From a virus (taxonomy: Duplodnaviria; Caudoviricetes): 39,520 nt of DNA. Of this stretch, positions 26,210-33,678 are shown piece after piece; position 1 is the first letter of the stretch; every line of letters starts with the position of its first letter. The position numbers and the translations under genes are program-made. The stretch spans positions 1 through 39,520 of IMG/VR virus record IMGVR_UViG_3300011335_000314; one strand, written 5' to 3'. The notes beneath the pieces were generated by a model. The model was not told the origin of the DNA. It searched no databases and saw only the letters and a list, made by a program, of their open reading frames with translations.

Positions 26210-27427
26210 ATGGTTATGGAAGAAGACAAAGAAGGTATAGAGTGCGTGGTCTGCGATACCGCCATTGAACCTGATGATGTGATTCATACAGAATCAAACC
26301 AGAAAGTATGCTCCGACTGCGTACGGATATGTGAAAGATGTGATGAAACAGGCACATCTGACGACTTCTATCGTGAGGTAGACGGCAGGCATAACTGGTG
26401 TGAGTCTTGCGCAGATAATCACGCAAGTTATTGCGCTTACTGCGAGGAACTTACTTCTGAGGGTACACATTACATACAAGACCGAGGTGATTACTGGTGT
26501 ACGTGGTGTACTCAGGATAACGCTACGTATTGCGACGATTGCGATAACTACTATCAAGATGGTTGCGATAACTGCTATCAGGAGCCTGAGACTATTCACG
26601 ATTATAGTTACAGACCTGACCTTATCTTCCACACCAGCGACAAGGATGAACGCTTGTACTTTGGTATGGAGATAGAGTTAGAATGTCGTGATGGTAGGTA
26701 TGAACCTGCCGAATATGCTGGTAGACTAGAAGAATATGACCTAGGATATCTCAAGAGTGATGGCTCTCTCAATGATGGCTTTGAGATAGTTACACACCCT
26801 ATGACTCACGACTTCTTCAAGAATGAAGCGCCCGAGTTCTGGGATACCATTGCAACGCTACGAGATAGGTATAGAGTTATGACTTGGGGTGCTGGTACTA
26901 CTGGCATTCATATTCATATCTCGCGTACTGGGTTTAATGGTGGTGCTCATATGCACCGCTTCCTGAACCTTGTGTATAGTAACGAAGCATTGTATTCTGC
27001 TATCGCTGGTCGTTCATCTAGCCGTTGGGCTAAGTTTGATGATGTAGTTGAGCAGACAATGAGCCGAGACGATTATGGTAATCGTATTTGGTCTACCCAC
27101 CGAGGGTTCAGTAAGAAGATAACTGATGGTCGCAATACCGATAGGTATTCTGCCGTCAATACCCAAAATCGTGATACTCTTGAGTTACGTATCTTTAAGA
27201 GTACCACCAAGCCTGAACGTATCAAGGCTTATATGGACTTAGCGCACGCCAGCGTTGAGTACACCAGAAGTCTTACCCTACAACAAGTTAAAGATGGGGT
27301 GCTATCCGATAGCGCTTTCATTGCGTACATAAGAGAGAATGGTTCTCTCTATGAACACCTAGTCGGACTCCTTGACCAACTAGGTATCAGTAGCGTTCGG
27401 TTAACCGAACAGAATGTGAGTGAATAG
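26210..27427 (+). CDS. Putative amidoligase (COOH-NH2 ligase, glutamine-synthetase-like fold) with N-terminal Cys-rich region
   Basis: FGMEIELE, KSDGSL, GFEIVTHP, GIHIHIS, RYSAVN and TLELRIFKST motifs. About 8 CxxC pairs in the first 125 aa. Confidence 0.85.
   Translation: MVMEEDKEGIECVVCDTAIEPDDVIHTESNQKVCSDCVRICERCDETGTSDDFYREVDGRHNWCESCADNHASYCAYCEELTSEGTHYIQDRGDYWCTWCTQDNATYCDDCDNYYQDGCDNCYQEPETIHDYSYRPDLIFHTSDKDERLYFGMEIELECRDGRYEPAEYAGRLEEYDLGYLKSDGSLNDGFEIVTHPMTHDFFKNEAPEFWDTIATLRDRYRVMTWGAGTTGIHIHISRTGFNGGAHMHRFLNLVYSNEALYSAIAGRSSSRWAKFDDVVEQTMSRDDYGNRIWSTHRGFSKKITDGRNTDRYSAVNTQNRDTLELRIFKSTTKPERIKAYMDLAHASVEYTRSLTLQQVKDGVLSDSAFIAYIRENGSLYEHLVGLLDQLGISSVRLTEQNVSE
27395..27410. promoter_or_regulatory. 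Palindromic motif copy 6
   Basis: GTTCGGTTAACCGAAC within the last codons of the amidoligase gene, 20 bp before the amidotransferase start. Confidence 0.75.
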
Positions 27428-27430
27428 CCT

Positions 27431-28261
27431 ATGTGTCTCCTCGTAGTCGCGTCGCCTAACTCGACGCCCAAGAAGAAAGACCTAGAATGTGCTTCGTGTA
27501 ATAACCCGCACGGCTTCGGCTTTGCTGTGATAACCCCGAATGGTATCGTTACTGGTAAGGGTATGTCTTCTAAGAAAATCATCAAGCAGTTCTTAGAAGT
27601 ACGCAAGCAGTATCCCGCAAGTTATGCAATGTTCCACGCACGCTATGCAACGCACGGCGTCAAGAATGATGATAACTGCCACCCGTTTAAGGTGCCTAGT
27701 AATCCAGATACCTATCTGGCACACAATGGTATCTTAGATATAGATATCAAGGCTGGCGATAGACGTAGCGATACGCGTGTCTTTGCAGAAGATACCCTAC
27801 CTGCTATGGGTGGTGTTGCTGCACTAGATGATGAACACGTATGGGCTATGGTTAGCAAGTGGTCTAGTGGTAGTAAGATAGTTATCTTTACCCTTGACCC
27901 TGCTGCTAAGGATAACTGCTATATCGTCAATGAGTCCGCTGGTCATTGGGATAATGATGGAATGTGGTGGTCTAACACTACCTATATGGCATCTACTTGG
28001 TCGTCTTCGTATCTGACCAAGCCCAGTAATAGCGGGTATGCTAGCGCGGTTGAGATGGAAAGCGAGTGCGGTGCGTGTGGTGCTGTACCATTTGAAGATG
28101 GTAATCCGTACTACTGCGAGATGTGCTATGCTTGCTTTGATTGTACTGGTATGTATGGCGATAGTTGCTTATGCTATACACCAGAACGCACTAAGGCTCA
28201 GTACACTTTAGGAGAAAGGGATTGGTGGAATGATGGAAAATCCTACAGTTGGAATCGGTAG
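27431..28261 (+). CDS. Class II (Ntn) glutamine amidotransferase with Cys-rich C-terminal tail
   Basis: M-C N-terminal nucleophile, NPHGFG, HARYATHG, NCHPF, AHNG and SDT motifs. Confidence 0.9.
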   Translation: MCLLVVASPNSTPKKKDLECASCNNPHGFGFAVITPNGIVTGKGMSSKKIIKQFLEVRKQYPASYAMFHARYATHGVKNDDNCHPFKVPSNPDTYLAHNGILDIDIKAGDRRSDTRVFAEDTLPAMGGVAALDDEHVWAMVSKWSSGSKIVIFTLDPAAKDNCYIVNESAGHWDNDGMWWSNTTYMASTWSSSYLTKPSNSGYASAVEMESECGACGAVPFEDGNPYYCEMCYACFDCTGMYGDSCLCYTPERTKAQYTLGERDWWNDGKSYSWNR

Positions 28262-28478
28262 TCGTTCGGTTGACCGAACAGCCGACACAAACAAACCAGA
28301 GCACGTCCACGACGGAATGATGGTGGAAGGTTGGGTTACTATCGGCTATTACGATAACGATATTGCCCCAACCATCTACGGCTTATTCAAGACTATGGAA
28401 CAGGCAGAAGACTGGCTAAAAAAACTAACATCTGGGTATGTACACGTCGTATATGTCCCAGCCTACAATAGGGGGTAA
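28230..28478 (+). CDS. Early hypothetical protein (true start probably 28317-28323)
   Basis: YGLFKTMEQAEDW pattern. A later start would leave the two DNA motifs intergenic. Confidence 0.6.
   Translation: MMENPTVGIGSRSVDRTADTNKPEHVHDGMMVEGWVTIGYYDNDIAPTIYGLFKTMEQAEDWLKKLTSGYVHVVYVPAYNRG
28264..28292 (+). promoter_or_regulatory. Palindromic motif copy 7 (1 mismatch) directly followed by CCGACACAAAC
   Basis: GTTCGGTTGACCGAAC-AG-CCGACACAAAC, 2 bp after the amidotransferase stop. Confidence 0.75.
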
Positions 28479-28479
28479 T

Positions 28480-28632
28480 ATGACAACCGAACAAAGGGAG
28501 CAGTTGCGTGAAGTACTTATTGACTATCTCGAGGTTCTTACATCTAGTAGCGGTCTCACGACAGCAAAGTACGAAGCAAAGCACGACCAGAAAATAGCAC
28601 AAGTCCGATTACTACTAAGGGAGGTAGCGTAA
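28480..28632 (+). CDS. Early mini-protein, 50 aa
   Basis: GGGGG RBS, MTTEQREQLREVLIDYL..., TAATG overlap to the next gene. Confidence 0.65.
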   Translation: MTTEQREQLREVLIDYLEVLTSSSGLTTAKYEAKHDQKIAQVRLLLREVA

Positions 28633-28844
28633 TGGCTAATTATACAGTTGTTGTAACCATAACCGAAAGGTATGAACTCGAGCACGTTCTGAATGAGGAC
28701 GAGGCTCGTCAGATTGCAGAAGACTGCGTGTTCGATAACTTCTCGGCACGATTTTCCGATAATGTAATCGTATCTTACAATCCAATACGTACAGACATCC
28801 CCCAAGCGGGGGACTTGACCGACGCGGGAATGGCAGGTGAGTAA
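28632..28844 (+). CDS. Early hypothetical protein, 70 aa
   Basis: GGAGG RBS and coupled start. Confidence 0.7.
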   Translation: MANYTVVVTITERYELEHVLNEDEARQIAEDCVFDNFSARFSDNVIVSYNPIRTDIPQAGDLTDAGMAGE

Positions 28845-29002
28845 TGTATAAACAACAACGTGAGTTCATAGTTACTATCAGGTATAACTCCGATAACAAT
28901 CACCCGAAGGACTGGGATATAGACAATCTAGTCTGGCTAGAACACGGCGAGGCTGCTGAAGTTATCAGTATAGAGCAAGTGAAAGGTAAGGAAGCAGAAT
29001 GA
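28844..29002 (+). CDS. Early mini-protein, 52 aa
   Basis: MYKQQREFIVTIRYNSDNNHPKDWDIDNLVWLEHGEAAEVISIEQVKGKEAE, coupled at both ends. Confidence 0.65.
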   Translation: MYKQQREFIVTIRYNSDNNHPKDWDIDNLVWLEHGEAAEVISIEQVKGKEAE

Positions 29003-29142
29003 GTGAACCAAGGTGGTTAGATGGCGACGACTTTGCCTTAGATGAGGTAGGGGTATGCGAAGACTGCGACGAACTAGGAGAGGATTGTGAGTGCAATGAA
29101 GCCGACCCAGATATCTGGCACGACCAACAGTTCGAGGACTGA
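28999..29142 (+). CDS. Highly acidic 47 aa mini-protein with CxxC/CxC
   Basis: AAGGA RBS. MSEPRWLDGDDFALDEVGVCEDCDELGEDCECNEADPDIWHDQQFED. Confidence 0.65.
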   Translation: MSEPRWLDGDDFALDEVGVCEDCDELGEDCECNEADPDIWHDQQFED

Positions 29143-29578
29143 AGAACAGTTAGGTAACTGCTATGGAGATGATAATCCTGATGCGTGGTTCCCTGAACCT
29201 TCTCGAGGTGGACCTTCGCAAGCAAAGATGCGAGCGCTAGGACTAGAAACATCTAGGGCTATCATTCTATGCAAAGCCTGCCCTAAGCAGGAAGCGTGCC
29301 TAGAAGAAGGTATGAAGCCGAAAAACTTGCCATATGGCATTTGGGGTGGTAGACTTGCGGGCGAAAGACTACTGCTGGCAGACGCCAAAGGTATCGACTA
29401 TATGGTTAATGGCAGAACCAATGGTGAGTACGTACACACAGGTGATGTCGAGAAACGTGTAGGCAAAGGTAGGTACAAAGGTTCCGTAGTAATTAAAGAA
29501 GTAGAAGGTGTAACAGTCGAAGAAAAAAGAAGCGCACTTAACTTATTAAGGCTACTCAAGCCTTGGATTAAGGAGTAA
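29087..29578 (+). CDS. whiB: WhiB-family Fe-S transcription factor with C-terminal extension
   Basis: C...PDAWFP...CKACP...C...YGIWGG: four Cys plus the G[IV]WGG turn. Confidence 0.88.
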   Translation: MSAMKPTQISGTTNSSRTEEQLGNCYGDDNPDAWFPEPSRGGPSQAKMRALGLETSRAIILCKACPKQEACLEEGMKPKNLPYGIWGGRLAGERLLLADAKGIDYMVNGRTNGEYVHTGDVEKRVGKGRYKGSVVIKEVEGVTVEEKRSALNLLRLLKPWIKE

Positions 29579-29579
29579 T

Positions 29580-29978
29580 ATGCTAAAGAAACTCTCTCTG
29601 CTACTCATTGTACTACTATTAGTAGCATTGTTTCCGTATTCGGTTAACCGAACAGAACCAGAAAAGCCGAAGATAACAACAAGGGAATGGCAAGTAGCCG
29701 ATAGCAAGGCGTATGCTCAAGACGTGGTACTTGCTTGGGCAGATAATCAGTACCTATGCTTGGAGAAACTATGGACTAAGGAGTCCAACTGGAGACCTGA
29801 AGCATATAACAAGGTAAAGGTAATGGGTAAGAACGCTGGCGGTATTCCGCAAATGTTGGGAATGTCAACACAAACTCCAGCGCCGCAGCAGATAGACAGG
29901 GGATTCGCCTACATTATGCACAGATATGGAACCCCTTGTATGGCTTGGAAGCACCATCTAAGGAAGGGTTGGTACTAG
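29580..29978 (+). CDS. Secreted or membrane-anchored lytic transglycosylase (SLT/lysozyme-like)
   Basis: N-terminal signal/TM segment. LWTKESNW (catalytic Glu), GIPQ and YIMHRYGTPC.AW motifs. Confidence 0.85.
   Translation: MLKKLSLLLIVLLLVALFPYSVNRTEPEKPKITTREWQVADSKAYAQDVVLAWADNQYLCLEKLWTKESNWRPEAYNKVKVMGKNAGGIPQMLGMSTQTPAPQQIDRGFAYIMHRYGTPCMAWKHHLRKGWY
29639..29653. promoter_or_regulatory. Palindromic motif copy 8 (intragenic)
   Basis: TTCGGTTAACCGAAC in the linker after the signal peptide. Confidence 0.7.
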
Positions 29979-30154
29979 TGGCAACATATGAGTATAAGTG
30001 CGACAAGGATACGACTGTAGTCTCAATATCTAGGGGTATGACGGAAGATGAAATCATACCTTATTGCGACTTATGTAACGAGCCTATGACACGATTGTAC
30101 AATGCACCACCAGTTAAGTTCAATGGTAGTGGCTTCTATTCGACTGGAGGGTAA
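29978..30154 (+). CDS. FmdB-family zinc-ribbon protein
   Basis: GTG start. ATYEYKC...CDLC...M.R....P.VKFNGSGFYST. Confidence 0.8.
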   Translation: MATYEYKCDKDTTVVSISRGMTEDEIIPYCDLCNEPMTRLYNAPPVKFNGSGFYSTGG

Positions 30155-30268
30155 ATGACAGATGATGAAATGCAAGAACTACAGGAAGGTATCATAGATG
30201 GTATACAAGACTACTTTGATAACTATGACTGGGACAAAGCGTTCAAGAGATATCTGGAGGAGCAATGA
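30155..30268 (+). CDS. Acidic mini-protein, 37 aa
   Basis: GGAGG RBS. MTDDEMQELQEGIIDGIQDYFDNYDWDKAFKRYLEEQ, with an ATGA overlap. Confidence 0.65.
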   Translation: MTDDEMQELQEGIIDGIQDYFDNYDWDKAFKRYLEEQ

Positions 30269-30690
30269 AAGATAGTAACTGGGACTTAGACCTCAGGGCT
30301 GGTCTAGCAGGGGAAAGTAAGGTAGCCGACCTACTATCCTTGGACACGCTAGAAGTTAAGACCGACAGGAGATGGCACGAAACGGGAAACATATACATAG
30401 AGACAGAGTGTTGGATACAGGCAAGCCAGTCCTGGGAACCTTCTGGTCTACGCACTACAAAGGCTACGCATTGGGCTTATGTCCTAGAGGACTGCGTAAT
30501 TATAGTACCAACCTACAGGTTAAAGGAAGCGGTCTGGGAGCACGCTAGACCTATAACTTGTGATATACCACCAAATCCTTCTAGGGGTTATCTAATAACT
30601 CCTGGAGGGTTGCTAGAGTACGTAAGGAAAGCATACAACTACGAGGTGCAAGAACAACACGCGAACTTTCTAAGGGAGAGATATGGATAA
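30265..30690 (+). CDS. PD-(D/E)XK nuclease-like phage protein
   Basis: GESKV...LEVKTD...TGNIYIE...SGL..TKATHW pattern. Confidence 0.6.
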   Translation: MKDSNWDLDLRAGLAGESKVADLLSLDTLEVKTDRRWHETGNIYIETECWIQASQSWEPSGLRTTKATHWAYVLEDCVIIVPTYRLKEAVWEHARPITCDIPPNPSRGYLITPGGLLEYVRKAYNYEVQEQHANFLRERYG

Positions 30691-30697
30691 AGAAACG

Positions 30698-31381
30698 CTA
30701 ATCGGTTTCTTGTCCTTGCTTACTATCTTTATCTTCTTTGGGTTCTTCTTGCCCTACCTCTTGTGCTTCGTCCTTATCTAGGTACGCACGGAATCCGCCT
30801 AGGCGTGTAATCAGTCTCTTGATTGCACGCTTATGGCGCATTCTGGCAGCATCATCACTAGGTAACGCAAGTTCTTCCGCTATCGCACCATAAGTCATTG
30901 AGTTAGCGTGCTTCTGGTATAAAATATTCTTATCTTCTGTGCTTAACTTCATAAACCCAGCCTTAATCTCAGCCATCATAGCCATCAGATTACCGCCTTC
31001 AGCGGGAGCAGATGGTCTTCCTGGCATACCAAGATTCAACTTAGGTGATTCAGTTACATCTCCACGTAATACTGCTGGCAAGATAGCCTCAACAACAGCA
31101 GCATCATAGAAGAACAAGTCTGACATCTCATAGCCAAGTGTCTTGGCCTTCCATAGTTGGCAATAGTCTAGGGCTTGGTTGCGAAGCGAACGATACAATA
31201 AGTTCTGAGTAGACTTCTTACTAAATGCTTCCCACTCGGTTAACTTAATTGGGTGCAACACAAACCATTCATAGAGCGACTGACGAATGTCCTCACGGTC
31301 AACCATATTAAACTTTTTATGATATTCATCTGCTACGTGAGATACAATGTAATCCCACGGTTGGATACGCTCCCAGTTCAT
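30698..31381 (-). CDS. RNA polymerase sigma70/ECF-like factor
   Basis: Region 2-like DREDIRQ...LRNQALDY and region 4-like LSTEDKNIL...TYGAIAEEL...AARMRHKRAIKRL. Confidence 0.75.
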   Translation of the reverse strand: MNWERIQPWDYIVSHVADEYHKKFNMVDREDIRQSLYEWFVLHPIKLTEWEAFSKKSTQNLLYRSLRNQALDYCQLWKAKTLGYEMSDLFFYDAAVVEAILPAVLRGDVTESPKLNLGMPGRPSAPAEGGNLMAMMAEIKAGFMKLSTEDKNILYQKHANSMTYGAIAEELALPSDDAARMRHKRAIKRLITRLGGFRAYLDKDEAQEVGQEEPKEDKDSKQGQETD

Positions 31382-32121
31382 CGACCCCATACTTTACCCT
31401 CTACAATAAACGACCCATCCTTGGCGATTGGAATAGTTACGGGTACTACTGTACGACCATCAACGTAGAGCATACCAAAGCCCTGTTGCCAAGTGAACAA
31501 GCCACCCTTGATATACTTTGCTTCCTTATACTTCATTAAGTTGCCAACTTCCATACCCCATACGGTTTGAGGCGTGGCATTGCCATAAGATTGAGTGTGA
31601 TGTGATAGACCCATACGGTGCGTGTGTCCACACACTACTGACTTGCCCGTACGCATAGCCAAACCAAGGGCTGTAAGCCCGCCTACTGACTTCATAGAGC
31701 CTTCATCACCGTGCATAAGCAACCAGTTAGGAGCCAATTCGTAAGGCTTTTCGTGGTATGTAGCACCGATTTCTGGTAAACGCAAGAACTGTGGTAAGTC
31801 CAACTCGGGTAGCCCGAGCAACCCAGGAGCACGCATCATAACTGTGTTATACAAACGGTCGGTGTGGTTCGACCGAATGATATGCTTGACCTTGAGCGAC
31901 TCGAGTACCCGAGTTGTTTCGTCTCTATCCCGTCCGATAGAACGCTCATATTCTAGGGGAGTCCCCTTTGACCATTTTGAAATAGTCTGCATATCCATTT
32001 CATCACCAACGGATACTACTTCGGTTGGCTTGTAAGCCTTGATGAAAGCAGCAAGATTGGCAACGGCTCTCTTATCGTGGTAAGGTACCTGTAAATCGGA
32101 CACGCAAACTATAGTTTTCAT
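31378..32121 (-). CDS. Calcineurin-like metallophosphoesterase
   Basis: VSDLQ, VGDEMD, SNH, MHGD and GHTH motifs. Confidence 0.88.
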   Translation of the reverse strand: MKTIVCVSDLQVPYHDKRAVANLAAFIKAYKPTEVVSVGDEMDMQTISKWSKGTPLEYERSIGRDRDETTRVLESLKVKHIIRSNHTDRLYNTVMMRAPGLLGLPELDLPQFLRLPEIGATYHEKPYELAPNWLLMHGDEGSMKSVGGLTALGLAMRTGKSVVCGHTHRMGLSHHTQSYGNATPQTVWGMEVGNLMKYKEAKYIKGGLFTWQQGFGMLYVDGRTVVPVTIPIAKDGSFIVEGKVWGR

Positions 32122-32447
32122 TATTTCTTTTTAACCGCTTTCTTCACAGTTTTCTTTTTGGGCGTAGCCTTTTTAACGGCGCGTCGCTTGTTTTCTTTAG
32201 CGACATTTGCGGAGTGAGACATTGGCTGCAAGTTGTCTTGTCCGTCTCGCCCTGCTCTTCCGCCGTTATCCTTATGGTCAACATCGGTGGTACGCGGTAA
32301 GGATTTTCCTGTCGCCTTCTCGTAATCAATCCTTGCCTTATTACTTGAAGTAGTTTCAATACTTCCGTCTTTTCGCTTTCGCTTAAAAACATAGATTGGT
32401 CTTCCTCCGTTTTGCTTGCTTCCCTTGTAAGGTCCAAATATTTTCAT
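32121..32447 (-). CDS. HNH endonuclease-like protein with Lys-rich tail
   Basis: DVDHKD...DNLQPMSHSAN. Confidence 0.7.
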   Translation of the reverse strand: MKIFGPYKGSKQNGGRPIYVFKRKRKDGSIETTSSNKARIDYEKATGKSLPRTTDVDHKDNGGRAGRDGQDNLQPMSHSANVAKENKRRAVKKATPKKKTVKKAVKKK

Positions 32448-32722
32448 TCGTTATCCCATTGTCCTCTTAGTACTAGCAATCCGATGATTGCATAGTTAGC
32501 CATATCTTTGAACGAGTCTTCTAGTGATTCGTGTTCTGGGTCTGTGTCATTGTCTATTAAGTTGTTGATACGAGCAAACTTATCCCACATACGCACACGC
32601 AACCCGTTGAGCGGACCACCTGGACTATGAGAGATGTTCTTGGGGCCGTAATCGTGATGCTTGCTGATAAGCAAGTCAGCCAACTCTTGAACTGTATCTC
32701 CTACGTGTTCATCAATCTTCAT
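32444..32722 (-). CDS. Nucleotide-modification-associated domain 1 (DUF1599-like) protein
   Basis: KHHDYG..N...RMWDKFARI.NL...ESLEDSFKDMANYAII. Confidence 0.75.
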   Translation of the reverse strand: MKIDEHVGDTVQELADLLISKHHDYGPKNISHSPGGPLNGLRVRMWDKFARINNLIDNDTDPEHESLEDSFKDMANYAIIGLLVLRGQWDNE

Positions 32723-33059
32723 CTCTGTTCTCCTCTAGTAGTTGTTCTAACTCTTTATCTATAGTAGACATATGCTGGTTGATGATTGCTTCTTGTACTA
32801 AATCTTTCATCTTAACTACATCTGACTGTGCTGCGTAAAGGGTAGCGTATGTAATCTCCGTAACGCTACGAACGATATCTGGTTCATTTGCGTGGTGATA
32901 TAGTTCTTCTAGTAGTGAGCCTAGCATCAACGCGTAACCGCTAGGCAATTGGAAAATAGGCTCAAAGACTTCGTCGTCGTCCTCTGTAAGGTGGCTTACT
33001 GCTTCAAATATATTATTAAATTCTGTGCCACATACATTGCACTTTGGAATTTCAATCAA
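32712..33059 (-). CDS. Hypothetical protein with N-terminal zinc-finger-like motif
   Basis: CNVC...F......H. Confidence 0.6.
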   Translation of the reverse strand: MIEIPKCNVCGTEFNNIFEAVSHLTEDDDEVFEPIFQLPSGYALMLGSLLEELYHHANEPDIVRSVTEITYATLYAAQSDVVKMKDLVQEAIINQHMSTIDKELEQLLEENRDED

Positions 33060-33678
33060 CGTTCAACCCCATTTTTTCTCTGATGTATTGTGCTCCGTGT
33101 TTGACGTAGATAGAATTGACATCTTCTCCATCCCCAAATGATACGGTTGTGACTGGTAACTCTCTGGATAAACTCGCGGCAAACTCTCTTCCTGGGGCAT
33201 CTCCGTCTGCAAACACGAAGACACGCTCGAAGTCTGCGAGAAGTCTAGTGTAGTGCTTCTTCCAAGAATTCGCTCCAGGAACACCAACGCAAGGTATTCC
33301 CACCAACTTCGACATAGTGAGAGCGTCAAGTTCCCCTTCGCAGATGCCAATCCAGTCGCCAGCATACTCAATGTCAAGTACGTTGTACATCCTGGTATCA
33401 ACACCAACCATACCCATATACTTGGGTTCAACAGCAGCGTTAAGAGAGCGGAAGCGCAAATCAACAACGCCAGTCTTCGTGATGTACGGAATGCTGAGCC
33501 GTCCAATGTATTGTTCGTGTCCAGGTTCAGGCTCCTCTACTACGCCTAATCGCGCCTGACGTGCTACTTCCCGCGTTATTCCCCGACTTACGAGGTAATC
33601 TTCCGCCAGAGAGATGCTTCCCGCGTACTTGTGAGTTGCCCTCCCCAGTAATTCCTTCTGCGATAGACTTTGCTTCAC
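33052..33678 (-). CDS. DNA primase, catalytic/TOPRIM part
   Basis: RLSIPY, EPKY, ICEGELDAL, GVPG and FADGDAPG motifs. Likely GTG start at 33678. Confidence 0.88.
   Translation of the reverse strand: MKQSLSQKELLGRATHKYAGSISLAEDYLVSRGITREVARQARLGVVEEPEPGHEQYIGRLSIPYITKTGVVDLRFRSLNAAVEPKYMGMVGVDTRMYNVLDIEYAGDWIGICEGELDALTMSKLVGIPCVGVPGANSWKKHYTRLLADFERVFVFADGDAPGREFAASLSRELPVTTVSFGDGEDVNSIYVKHGAQYIREKMGLNVD

Noticed and set aside
24006-29653. Palindrome copies as a CRISPR array with the Cas4-like gene
   Set aside because: Spacing is irregular (about 80-1400 bp) with whole genes between copies. The repeat is only 14-18 bp, and there is no cas1, cas2 or effector gene.
31256-31265. CAACACAAAC as another copy of the GACAC motif
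   Set aside because: It lacks the GACAC core, lies inside the sigma gene outside the early region, and is plausibly chance.
33063-33506. 147 aa alternative-frame ORF inside the primase gene
   Set aside because: It is fully nested in the TOPRIM gene and has no RBS or recognisable motifs.
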